From the NCBI GenBank assembly GCA_043228905.1, contig JBHGNT010000027.1, forward strand, positions 310,001 to 374,000: a DNA stretch of 64,000 bases. Reading direction: 5' to 3'. Of this stretch, positions 22,783-33,453 are shown in pieces; positions within the stretch are counted from its first letter, which is position 1, and each line of letters opens with the position of its first letter. This stretch comes from Azolla caroliniana (lineage: Eukaryota > Plantae > Polypodiophyta). Under the pieces are notes generated by a model that was given only the letters and a program-made list of their open reading frames with translations, was not told the DNA's origin and ran no database searches. The position numbers and the translations under genes were made by a program.

Positions 22783-23941
22783 GGGCGACCGTGAAAAGTC
22801 ACCGAATGAAGTCCTCCTGTGGGCACTGCAAAAACCCACGGCAGAGCGGATATTACTAATCGACGTATAGGATATGACGACGGCAACAGCATGTCATAAA
22901 AGGAGATAACCGGGAATAGCCAACTCTTAGCGTATCTCCAACTACACTCTTGAGTGGCAGTTGAACGGGGAGTATCGTGAATGCGAGATGCCAGCGGAAC
23001 GATCAGCCGGACGTGTTGGGCAGCGCCGGGCTTTCTCCCTACCGCGTCTCTCCCTGTGTGTTGAGGATCCAAAGCGAGTGCACCGGGGATAAGGGAAACT
23101 GGGATTCAATATGGGCATAGCAAACATCTGAAGCGTAACCACACACTCACACGACCTTTGCCGCTTCACCCGGATGAACCGCTAGAGAAATAGGAGCATT
23201 CGGTGAAACCGGTGAACCGCACTTCCGGATAGATGTGTGGGACAGAGGGCTCATAGTACCTGCCTACCTTCTGCTTCGGGAACCGTGTAAGCATAGGGTG
23301 CTGCTAGTGTCGCAGAAGGGAAGGGAAGGGAAGGGAAGGGAAGGGAAGGGAAGGGAAGGGGCCTAAATTGGCGGACAGACCGACGCCGCACACTTGAGCA
23401 GCGCCGGGGGAAGCGGCCGAAGAAGCGGTTTTCATCATCCGGCAGAGTTTGTGCCAGTCGGAACGGGAATTGGCCAGTCAACCCCACACCCTTCGAAGAT
23501 GTTGCCAGAATGACTTCCAGGGTCCTTCCGTCCTGGCCAGAGCACGGCTCAGCGCCTTCATGATGAACCGGATGAAAAAGGGGTTGGCGGGTTTGATGAA
23601 CCGCTTTATCTCCCTCCCAATTCTGCTGTTTGCGAGGTAAAGAAGCGCTTGCCGCGCCCCGCACTCTCCCCAGCCCTTCGGGCCTTCGACCCACGTTCGC
23701 TGCTTTTTTGTTGACTTCACAAACGAAGGCTCTAGTCCTGATGTCATCTAAATGCTCATGGGCAGGAGTTCTTTGGCGAGGCGGAAACTAAACCATGATA
23801 ACGCTTCGGGTAACTCAAGTTGGAGAGCCGTGTGATGGGTGACCATCCCGCACGGTTCAGAGAGCACTTGTGTATGTGATGCGAGTGAACGTGTGCAACA
23901 CAGCAGCAGCACAGCTGGCATCGAGTAACTTTCAACCCTAT
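22783..23941 (+). other. group II intron nad7i209g2
   Basis: GGGCGA start, domain V at about 23825-23858, CCCTAT end. Confidence 0.9.
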
Positions 23942-24408
23942 CTACGTTCCCATGATGGCCTAAGAACACGCTTATCCTTCAGCTGTAGAGAGACCTTGCA
24001 ATTGTGAGGTACCGTTATGAGCTTAATATATATGAGTGTTATTTTGTGAAACAACTTGAATCCCAAATTATTTACCTGCTTTAACTATTTATGTCATGGA
24101 CGTGGGAGCATCAACTCTGTCTCCGTGGGCTTCTGAAGAGCGAGAAAAACTTTTGGAATCCTATGAAAGGGTCTCGGGAGCTAGGATGTACGCTAGTTAT
24201 ATATGACTAGGTGGAGTGGCATAAGATCTGCCTCTGGGCTTGAGTGGAGACACTTTTTCATTCACATAGTAATTTGCTTCTCGTATTGACGAATCGGAGG
24301 AAACGCCGACCAACAACCGTATCTGGAAATAATGATTAGTGGATATCGGTACCGTCACTGCATAGTAAGCTTTGGATCGGGGATTCAGTGGTGTAATGTT
24401 AAGAGGTT
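23942..24408 (+). CDS. nad7: NADH dehydrogenase subunit 7, exon 3
   Basis: YV.MMA(Q)EHAY...[17 protein letters not shown]...GFSGVMLRG, 467 nt. Confidence 0.93.
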
Positions 24409-25091
24409 GTGCGACATGAAGACATCGATAGCAATATGGGGGAGGTTCCCATCGGGCAACGGTTCTGCCTGACCTTGCTCAAGCACGCTTTGACTGTAAA
24501 GACTTGGTGTGAAGCCTTGAGGGCAACGTCCCTCAAGATGGGGGCTGGGGTGAGCTGAAGAGGGGACAGCGTAAGCAAATGTGTATAAGCCTAGTAAAGC
24601 ATGACCGAGGCAAGGCTAGGGCCATCTTCGACTGGTTAGTCTGACGGACCGTGAACGGATTCGCCTTTGGCCTCTGGGCACGTCGAAACCGCATGGGTTC
24701 ACCGGGGTAGAGCACAGTCCGCCGAAATCGGCATAGGTTAGATGCCATTGATGGAACATGGTAAGCCCATATTCATCTGTGCGTCCGTAAGGGCTAGGCA
24801 TGTAACGAGGTATGGGTGGAGAAAGACCCGAAAAGCAAGGGCCGAGCCTGCTTAGATAAGAGTACGTGACCTGACTTTTTGAATCAAATTGAATTGAAAG
24901 GTGGTAAAGTGGCACAAATCGATTAATTGAGGGAAGCATAAAGGCTTTAAGCAGCAGCACAGAGGGGCAAAGCAGCGCTCTAAGAAAGATGAACAACCTG
25001 CCGCCTTTTTTCATAAGATTGTGACGGTACGGAAGTATGGAGATCTAGAAAGAAATTGGCGGACTAGTAACTAGTCTTGGCCAACAACCTA

Positions 25092-25122
<31 letters not shown>

Positions 25123-25518
25123 CGATGAAAGCCCTCAACCTACGCGCGCGTCGGAACTACATCCCTTTTGTTTGTTTGTTTGTTTGTTTGTTTGCTACGG
25201 ATGTAGCGCGCGTTCTGACTCCACTGGTCACGGTCGCTCTCCGCCCGCCGCGGGCCACGCGGTAAGTGGCCTGAGGCAAGCAAAAAGATTTTTCTGTTTG
25301 TGCTGGCGGAAAATGAGCCAGCCGGATCGCCGCCAATCAATCCAAAATCTGGTGCTATGGACGCTCACGCATGAACCAGGAATGCCCTTCATCTCCAAGT
25401 GCCTGCAGACGCGTTACAGGGGCGGGCCTCTGGGAATGCATTCGAGCCGTATGAAGGGAAACTTTCACGTACGGCTCAGAGGGGGGGAAAGCCCTAGAAG
25501 GGGCCTACCTATCCCAAC
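24409..25518 (+). other. group II intron nad7i676g2
   Basis: GTGCGA start, domain V at about 25444-25477, CCCAAC end. Confidence 0.9.
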
Positions 25519-26024
25519 CGGGAGTATGCTGGGATTTGTGAAAAGCAGCACCTCACGATGTTCATGACTAATCGGATTCCGATGTACTAGTGGGTACCAG
25601 GGGAGATCGCCACGATCGTTATTGTATTCGCATTGAAGAGACGTGATAAAGTATTTGAATCATCGTATAACGTCCTAATTAAATGCTCAGCGGCACGATT
25701 AAAGCCGATGATCGTAAGCCATGTCCTTCATCATGACCTTAAATGAAATAATCTATGGAATCTCCAATTCACCATTTCAAACCTTATACAGAAGGGTTTT
25801 CTGTACCAGCTTTTTCTATCTATACTGTAGCTGAAGTACTTAAAGGAGAATCTGGTGTGTTCTCAGTCAGTAATGGAACTAATCGTCTTTATTGTTGTAA
25901 AATAAGAGCACCTGGCTTCGCCTATTTACAAGGACCTGACTTTACGTTCAAAAATCACATGCCAGCAGATGTGGCCACCATCATTGGTACTTAAGATACT
26001 GTGTCTGGAGAAGTGGATAGATGA
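25519..26024 (+). CDS. nad7: NADH dehydrogenase subunit 7, last exon (i917 and i1113 absent)
   Basis: GVCWDL...[17 protein letters not shown]...IIGT(Q)D.V.GEVDR*. Spliced total is 1182 nt. Confidence 0.93.
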
Positions 26025-26156
26025 AACTACTTAAAGCAGCACGCACAAATAGGAAACCCAAAAAATAAGATGCAGGTGAGAAGAGGGATACCCTTGTAGA
26101 TCTGGGAAATAAAGATGATAAAGAAAGAAAGAATAGGTGCATGCTGGCCCAAGTAG

Positions 26157-26187
<31 letters not shown>

Positions 26188-26225
26188 CTTCGGGATGGGG
26201 GCTTGATGAATCCCCCATCCCAACC

Positions 26226-26313
26226 GGAGGTATGGCTGAGCGGCTTAAGGCATTGGTTTGCTAAATCAACATACAATCTTCTTGTATCATGGGTTCGAAT
26301 CCCATTTCCTCCG
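26226..26313 (+). tRNA. trnS: tRNA-Ser(GCU), copy 1
   Basis: GGAGGTATGGCTGAGCGG...TTGGT-TTGCTAA-ATCAA...TTCGAATCC. Confidence 0.95.
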
Positions 26314-26678
26314 AGCGAGTGCGAAGCACGAGCGATGCGACAGTGACGTGATGGAAGAAACCCATACATTGCTTTTTGGGAATGCGGCAGTGGCCTGCCG
26401 GGAGAGACCTAGCCGGTAAGGGAGTGCTAGTTTTTGCTTCTTTTCTTTTCTTTTCTTGCGCGCTTGCTGCTTTTAAGGTAACATCAATGCTGCTTTAATA
26501 ACCAGTAGTGCAAGTTCATTTGGACGGACAGCGGGAAATGCGATCAATAACACGTGGAGTTGGGTCTGCGGGCAAGCAAACATTCCCCCGCACAAGTAGA
26601 TTGAATAGGAGTTGGCCGGCTTCTTTTTTTCTAAAATAAATTCCGATTCGCTAGAGAGAGATCAATTGCTTGCTTGCT

Positions 26679-26752
26679 TGCGGGGTGGAGTAAATGGCCA
26701 ACTCGTCAGGCTCATGACCTGAAGACTGCGGGTTCAAACCCTGCCCCCGCAC
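26679..26752 (+). tRNA. trnfM: tRNA-fMet(CAU), copy 1
   Basis: GCGGGGTGGAG...TCAGG-CTCATGA-CCTGA...TTCAAACCC, plant mitochondrial initiator type. Confidence 0.9.
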
Positions 26753-27304
26753 TACATGTTGTCAACAGTAAAAAAGCAAATGAAGATTATTGTATAATAA
26801 TCCATGCTTAAGAATGGGAAACTAACGTGACTATTCATATTGTCAATTCGTTATCATTCGTGTTGTCAATGAGACGGTGACATTCCAATGAAGCGGTTTT
26901 CATCATCATGAAGGCCTTCATGCATGCATGAAGAACCTGTTTGGTTTGATGAACATGCCGGTTCATCATGCTTGCTGTTTAAAATACTCGTTAGGTGGTT
27001 CCGCTTTTCTTTTGGGGAAGGCGTGCGTTTCAGGCTTGCAGGGAAAAGTGCCATTTCCGAGTTCAAAGATTGCTGCTTTAAAGTGGAAAGAAAAGTGCAA
27101 AGCATCTTCTTGCCAGTGATTCATCAAGATTGCCGCCGGCTCGGTTTAAAGTGAAAAGAAAAGTGCTGCTTTGCTTTGCTTTGCTGGATTCGCAGATTAT
27201 GGCCAGAAGATGATATTGCCTTCTTGCATGATCCTTCTGAATTTTACCAACGGAATTTCGAAATTCCAGCATTCAATTCTTTCCGCAATCTGAGCCGCAT
27301 TAAA

Positions 27305-27326
27305 GATTATCGTATAATAATCCATG
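27305..27326 (+). promoter_or_regulatory. candidate CRTA-type promoter ATTATCGTATAATAA upstream of rrn18
   Basis: Related motifs recur upstream of several genes (see findings). Confidence 0.4.
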
Positions 27327-27927
27327 AATATTCAGGCCTTCTTGAAAGTTCAAAAGAAGAACTTTGGTAGCCATTTATATTACACTTTTTACCGCTTCTT
27401 CTTCTTCCGCAGTGCAGTTTTCTTGCGCTTCATGAAGAAAAGGTGCTGTTTGAAATTGTAGCTTGAATCTTATCGGAAAACTAACTCTAGGCCTTCTTGA
27501 TGAACAGCTATGGATAATACGGCGGAAGTTGCTTGCGGGGAAGAACCAAGGTGGTGGATGAACCCGCTGCTTCATCAGCGCGATGAAGACGATTAACGCT
27601 ACTTATCGGCTACGGTAAAGTCAGACGGCCCGATGGGGGAGTTGGTAGCAGAAGCTAGACAATTGCGGCGCGGCCCAACAAGAAAAGAAAAGAAGCGGAT
27701 TGACGTGGCCGCAGTCATTCGACCTCCCCATGCTATCTGAGTGGATGCACCTCACCCTTCCACTGGCTATGCGGGGACTGGACCAATGTGATCTCGCCTT
27801 GACGTTGGCGGTCCGGCTTATGGAGAAGAGACCAACTGTGGTGTGGCCTTCTCCAACCAAGAGTCACACCAAAATTCAAATATTGCACATGAATTCATCA
27901 ACCTGCCTCGTATGGCAGAAATTGACC

Positions 27928-28101
27928 AAAAAACCGAGTTTGATCCTGGCTCAGAATGAACGCTAGCGATATGCTTAACACATGCAAGTCGAACGTTGTT
28001 TTCGTCTATAGAACAGTTGAAGACAAAGTGGCGAACGGGTGCGTAACGCGTGGGAATCTGCCAAACAGTTTGGGCCGAATCCCAAAGAAACGAAAGCAGC
28101 T

Positions 28102-28137
<36 letters not shown>

Positions 28138-28245
28138 GCTTTTCGATAAAGCTAAAAAGCGCTGTTTGATGAGCCTGCGTAGTATTAGGTAGTTGGTTGG
28201 GTAAAGGCTGACCAAGCCGCAGATGCTTAGCTGATCTTTTCGGAC

Positions 28246-28283
<38 letters not shown>

Positions 28284-28439
28284 GTAGGGAGGCAGCAGTG
28301 GGGAATATCGGACAATGGGCGAAAGCCCGATCCAGCAATATCGCGTGAGTGAGTGAAAAACGTCGCGTTAGCGAGGAAGGGCAATGCCGCTTGTAAAGCT
28401 CTTTCGTCGAGTACGCGATTATGACAAGACTCGAAGAAG

Positions 28440-28475
<36 letters not shown>

Positions 28476-28715
28476 GACGGGGGGGGCAAGTGTTATTCGG
28501 AATGACTGGGCGTAAAGGGCACGTAGGCAGTGAATCAGGTTGAAAGTCAAAGGCGCCAGCTCAACTGGCGGAATGCTTTCAAAACCAATTTACTCGAGTG
28601 GGACAGAGGGGAGTGGAATTTCGTGTGTAGGGATAAAATCCGGAGATATACGAAGGAACGCCGAAGTAGCGAAGGCAGCTTTCTGGGTCTCTACTGACGC
28701 TGAGGTGCGAAAGCT

Positions 28716-28751
<36 letters not shown>

Positions 28752-28871
28752 TGCCGTAAACGATGAGTGTTCGTCCTTGGTCCGCGGATCGGGGGCCCAG
28801 CTAACGCGTTAAACACTCCGCCTGGGGAGTACGGTCGCAAGACTGAAACTCAAAGGAATTGACGGGGGCCT

Positions 28872-28904
<33 letters not shown>

Positions 28905-29011
28905 ACAACGCGCAAAACCTTACCAGCCCTTGACATATGAACACTTGACGTATGAACACTTGACATATGAACCGGTGTGCTTGTCCTTAACGGGATGAAA
29001 CGAAAATTCAT

Positions 29012-29050
<39 letters not shown>

Positions 29051-29486
29051 CGTTTTTGGTTAACTCCTATAACGAGCGAAACCCTCGTTTTGTGTTGCTA
29101 AGATATGCTGCTCCCAGAGGATCAATGTCATCATTCACCCTCGGCAAGCAGGAACATAGAACATGGGCTGGCTTCCGACGAACTTGAGGTTCCGACGAGC
29201 GAGCCGGTGGTAAGTGAGCCGCTTCATCGGTACCTGCCCATGAATCTGTGTTCAGTCAGCGGTTAGCCAGGATTGATGACACTCCCTCTGTGCCGATGTT
29301 GCACTCACAAGAGACTGCCCGTAGTTCTACTATGGAGGAAGGTGAGGATGACGTCAAGTCCGCATGGCCCTTATGGGCTGGGCTACACACGTGCTACAAT
29401 GGCAATTACAATAGGAAGCAGGGCCGTAAGGCGGAGCGAATCCAGAAAGATTGCCTCAGTTCGGATTGTTCTCTGCAACTCGAGAA

Positions 29487-29536
<50 letters not shown>

Positions 29537-29755
29537 TGTACTCGGGCCCCGTACACACCGCCCGTCACACCCTGGGAATTGGTTTCGCCCGAAGCATCGA
29601 CCAGAGATCACCCATTACTAAAGTGTTCCATGCCGCCGTTGAGTGTGGCCCATTTTGGTATTGGTGGTCTTCTTGGCGCATATCACGGTTGGGTCAGTGA
29701 CTGGGGTGAAGTCGTAACATGGTAGTCGTAGGGGAACCTGTGGCTGGAGGGAATC
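27928..29755 (+). rRNA. rrn18: mitochondrial small-subunit rRNA, copy 1 (ends approximate)
   Basis: AGTTTGATCCTGGCTCAG, GTGCCAGCAGCCGCGGTAA, AAACTCAAAGGAATTGACGG and AAGTCGTAAC, with a plant-mitochondrial V7 expansion and no anti-SD tail. Confidence 0.97.
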
Positions 29756-30110
29756 TCAAAGGGAAGCGCCAGCGTCCTTTCGTTAACTGTACTGACTTGA
29801 TGAAGTTAATTCCAAGTTGGGTAAATGCCGGCCCGGCCCGGCCCGGCCCGGCCCGGCCGGATGAAGCGCTATGCGCGAGGAGGAAGCGCTTCTTCATGAA
29901 GCGCATGAAGGGATTGAAACCGTAGACCAATCGCGGATGAAGCGGTTAACAGTTGAGCTACCAGCGCGGGAAGGGAAAATGTACGGTTAGTATCATATAC
30001 ATTCTTTGACTTTCGAGCCGCCTCATGACCTGTGAGACGTTAACTATTCAAAGACCCCAGCTGCTTGCTGCTTTCTTCGAGATTTCATGAACCTCGCTAA
30101 AGCCTAAAGC

Positions 30111-30143
<33 letters not shown>

Positions 30144-30554
30144 TGGAGTTCGAAAAACGTATAGATCGAAAGACGACGACAAAGCGAAGGCCTTCATTGC
30201 ATTGCTGCGACTTGCTTGCTGCAAGGACATAAGACTTTCTTTCTAGGCCCTTTTCCCTTCCCGCTACATCCTTCTTTGTACCTGTAGAGGCAGGGTCGAA
30301 TGGTGGCTCTGCAGTTTGGCTTGATTGCTCTTGAATTGGAGAGATACGAACAGAAAATTTTCATCGATAGCGTTCCATGAATTATCGTATATGAAACGAA
30401 TTGAACACAAATGATCCATCACTCGCATTCTACTAGGTGCTTGAGCGGGGCAAAGTCTTTGCGCGCGCATAGAAGGCCCCGCGCTTCGGCCGATTTGTAT
30501 TATAGGAATGATCTCTTTCTTCATAATACCCCTCCTTTCGGAAACGAAACTTAG

Positions 30555-30625
30555 GCGGATATAGATTAACGGTAGATTATCTGCCTTCCAAGCAGAGGAT
30601 ATGGGTTCGACTCCCGTTATCCGCA
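30555..30625 (+). tRNA. trnG: tRNA-Gly(UCC)
   Basis: GCGGATATAG...TCTGC-CTTCCAA-GCAGA...TTCGACTCC. Confidence 0.93.
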
Positions 30626-31639
30626 ACTGACAAATAGGACAAAGGATGGCTACAGATCATGGCTATGGGAAAACCAAACCCATTTCTACCGAGGGACTGC
30701 GGTCAAGCGAAGGCTTACGAATTGGGACGAAGGTTTGGACTGAAGGGAGGAGTTACGTAGCTTAGACTGAAGAGAACAAGCACAGGAAGAAAGGAAGAGC
30801 ATGCCGTAAAAGCAGCATGGTTGAGGGTCGATCTTGTCTTCCCTTTAACTGGTTCAATTGGCGTGGGAGGGGGCGGACCCCGCCCCGACGTATAGGATAA
30901 AAAATGACTTAATTGAAGACAATTTTCCATAACCAAGTTGTTGTTACTTTTAGCCCTCTACATCCCCAGGAGCTGAGCCAACAGATGAATTCTCAGAACA
31001 AAATGATAATTCATTCTCGCTCGAGATCAGACTCATCAAACCGTAAGCGGTATGCTTTCGTGGTTGCCTTAATGGGGTTAATTCATTCTCCACAATATTG
31101 CATTGCGGACTTTCCTGTAGTCCCATTGGGATAGGGGAGCGCCTCGCGATAGTGCCTGCTACCCTATCCCAGTATCATATTTCCTGCTAGCTGAACTGAG
31201 GTCACTAATTGCTTGCGGCGTTGTTGACTTGATTTCGGTTTTGTAGGACGTTAGAAGCGCCTGAGAGCATAGGTTTGATCTAACGTCATCTTCTAGGACA
31301 GAGGAGATTTCTGTTAGCTGCGAAAGTTAAAGTTGTTGCAGAAAACTCCCTCCAACTTACCGCCCAGCCGCTCTCTGCGGGTGTGACTGTTTATAACCTC
31401 CCAGTGTATCAAGCCCAAATTCCAGGGCTGTGCTGGGCTCTTTTTCTCATCTGGAGCCGCTTTCGCCATCGCAAAGAATGGCAAAGGGACGCATAGTAAG
31501 GTGACGAATAATACTGGTTCTTGCTTGATTTCTGGTGCCGCTCTGAAGAGGTGAGAGACAGCAACTAGCATCCTTTCTAGTGGGTATTCTTTTTTCTTTT
31601 TTGAATTTTCCTTATTTTACTGGCTTTTCTGCTGGGTTC

Positions 31640-32317
31640 TCAAGCCTTTTTCGAATGAATGACTATTTTCGTGACCAATTAGCAAAATGGATTTGTGAAC
31701 CACACGGAATCATTATTTACCAGAATGAGATAAATAACTAACCTATGTAATCCCTCTAGGAGAGTAGAATCCACCAGGAATGCAATAAATATTCATGATC
31801 AATTAGCTTCAAATATAGCTATGAAATCTTTACGTGCATTCGGTATAACTAAACTATCTGAAATTTAGCATGTTATCAGTCCTTCGAAATATCTTTACAT
31901 CTTTAAAAAACGTAGACTAGAATGCCGCCACGTGGATGAATACTTAAAGCGTTCTTCATGTTTCATATGTTCCCAATTGATTAAGAAACCACCAATCCAT
32001 TTGGAATTGATATGACTTTAATTGGTCCTTCTCGCCATTTTTTTCATTGTGTCATCGTACAAAAGATCAATATTCACCAACAATAAATGGCCCTCCTTAC
32101 GAATGATAGATCCAATCGCATTACAAGCAATCTTCAAGAATAAAAGTGTTTTTTCCAAATCAATAATAGCCCTTCCGCGTCTAAATCCGTATAAATATCT
32201 TTAATAATATGGAGTTGGGGGTCCCTAATAGCCCGAATGTGCGCTTGTATTCGGTAATCTTTAAAAAATGACTTTCTTTTCCTTTTTGGAATAATACTCT
32301 TTCTTTCCTTTTTCCAT
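31640..32317 (-). CDS. rps2: ribosomal protein S2 (possible chimeric upstream start at 32431; 3' end approximate)
   Basis: AH.G.(Q)...YLYGFRRGRAIIDLEKTL...KWIGGFL.NW.HMK...EAN....I.FLVDS...NNDS. Confidence 0.88.
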
Positions 32318-32467
32318 TTCATACGGTAGAGCGGCGCATAATATGCTTTCTTTCTTCGATGTTCAAAATCTATGTATCCGTTTGAAAACTGATAGAACAG
32401 TAGCAAATTATTCAAGTGGACTGCAAGCCATGATAAAGTTCAGTTCAGGCAGGGTTTCATAAAAATC

Positions 32468-33453
32468 TGAGATTGGTTCTTTATAATCATGGCTGTTTAA
32501 AAAGAAGTGAAAAGGGGCAAGTAATCCCATATACCAATATAGCGAAAAGTGACCGAAGCATGATGCAGGTTCGGTTGAAAGGAAGAACCCGCTAGCCCGC
32601 CCTGAACAAGGGCAAAGCATTCCGTAGGTATATAATCTAATGTGCACTTTCCGCATCCTACAGGACTTGAACCTGTGACCTTCAACTTAGAAGGTTGTTG
32701 CTCTATCCGACTGAGCTAAGGATGCTGTGCATTACAAACACTTCTAGGCTTTTCAGTTAAGTCAGGTAAAACTTGCTTGCCTTTTCGCCGAAAAAGCAAT
32801 AGAAAAAAGTTATGAATACAAGAAAGAAGAAACCGCAACCGCAGCCCTGGATGATTCTTCCTGAAGTAAGTTCTAAAGAATGCCCTAACCAGATTGATTT
32901 ATCCATTTCACGTAATTCGGTCGGTTACGTGTTTTTCATAGCACCTTTCATGTCGTGCCACATAAAGATGGATTACCTAAAATCAGTTGAATTCCTAAAT
33001 CATGAAAACAACTTTCACACGACGGCATCAAACGGGGCAAATCATCCATCTAGGAAGAACAGGATGTGGTTCCCAAAGAATGCTTTGACACCAGTGTTTC
33101 CTTCCTGTACTCCAGTGTTTTCGGAGCATCCTAATGGTTACACAAAATGGTCAAAACCTTAAAGACTTTGGGATTATTAGAAACGAATACTTCCCACACG
33201 TGTTCTCTAGGAGAGATTAGTCTCCCGCGAGTGCCTAAAGAATAGACAATCGACACTTTCTTTTTCAACGAAGGGAGTCCTTCACATTCCCATAGCCCTT
33301 TCTCTCTAGCTTTCTCTTGCTATACCGTCGCCGTTGCTGTTCTCAACCCTTTCATAATGTTACGCGGGCAGGAGAGCACTGAGGTAAAGTAACGGACGAG
33401 GGGGCACTATGATGGGTGGAAGGGGCGGGCCGGTGATTTTCAAGAGCGGATAC
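32468..33453. repeat. 986-bp inverted repeat, partner at 55806-56791
   Basis: Contains trnR(ucu) and an identical 116-aa ORF on opposite strands. Confidence 0.95.
32652..32725 (-). tRNA. trnR: tRNA-Arg(UCU), copy 1
   Basis: GCATCCTTAGCTCAGTCGGATAGAGC...CAAC-CTTCTAA-GTTG...TTCAAGTCC. Confidence 0.93.

Larger units (their letters stand above)
26117..30263. repeat. 4,147-bp direct repeat, copy 1 (trnS-trnfM-rrn18)
   Basis: Matches 38301-42447 at a constant offset of 12,184, with two small differences noticed. Confidence 0.97.

Noticed and set aside
27818-29700. Long ORFs of 223 aa and 150 aa, and their copies at 40002-41884
   Set aside because: They overlap rrn18 and are spurious.
27928-29755. 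Bacterial 16S rRNA or contamination
   Set aside because: It has plant-mitochondrial expansions, no anti-SD tail, and is embedded among mitochondrial genes.
29756-30263. rrn5 downstream of rrn18
   Set aside because: No 5S-like sequence was recognised after either copy.
32812-33162. 116-aa ORF present twice (also 56097-56447)
   Set aside because: The duplication is explained by the inverted repeat. There is no recognisable motif, so it is not called as a gene.
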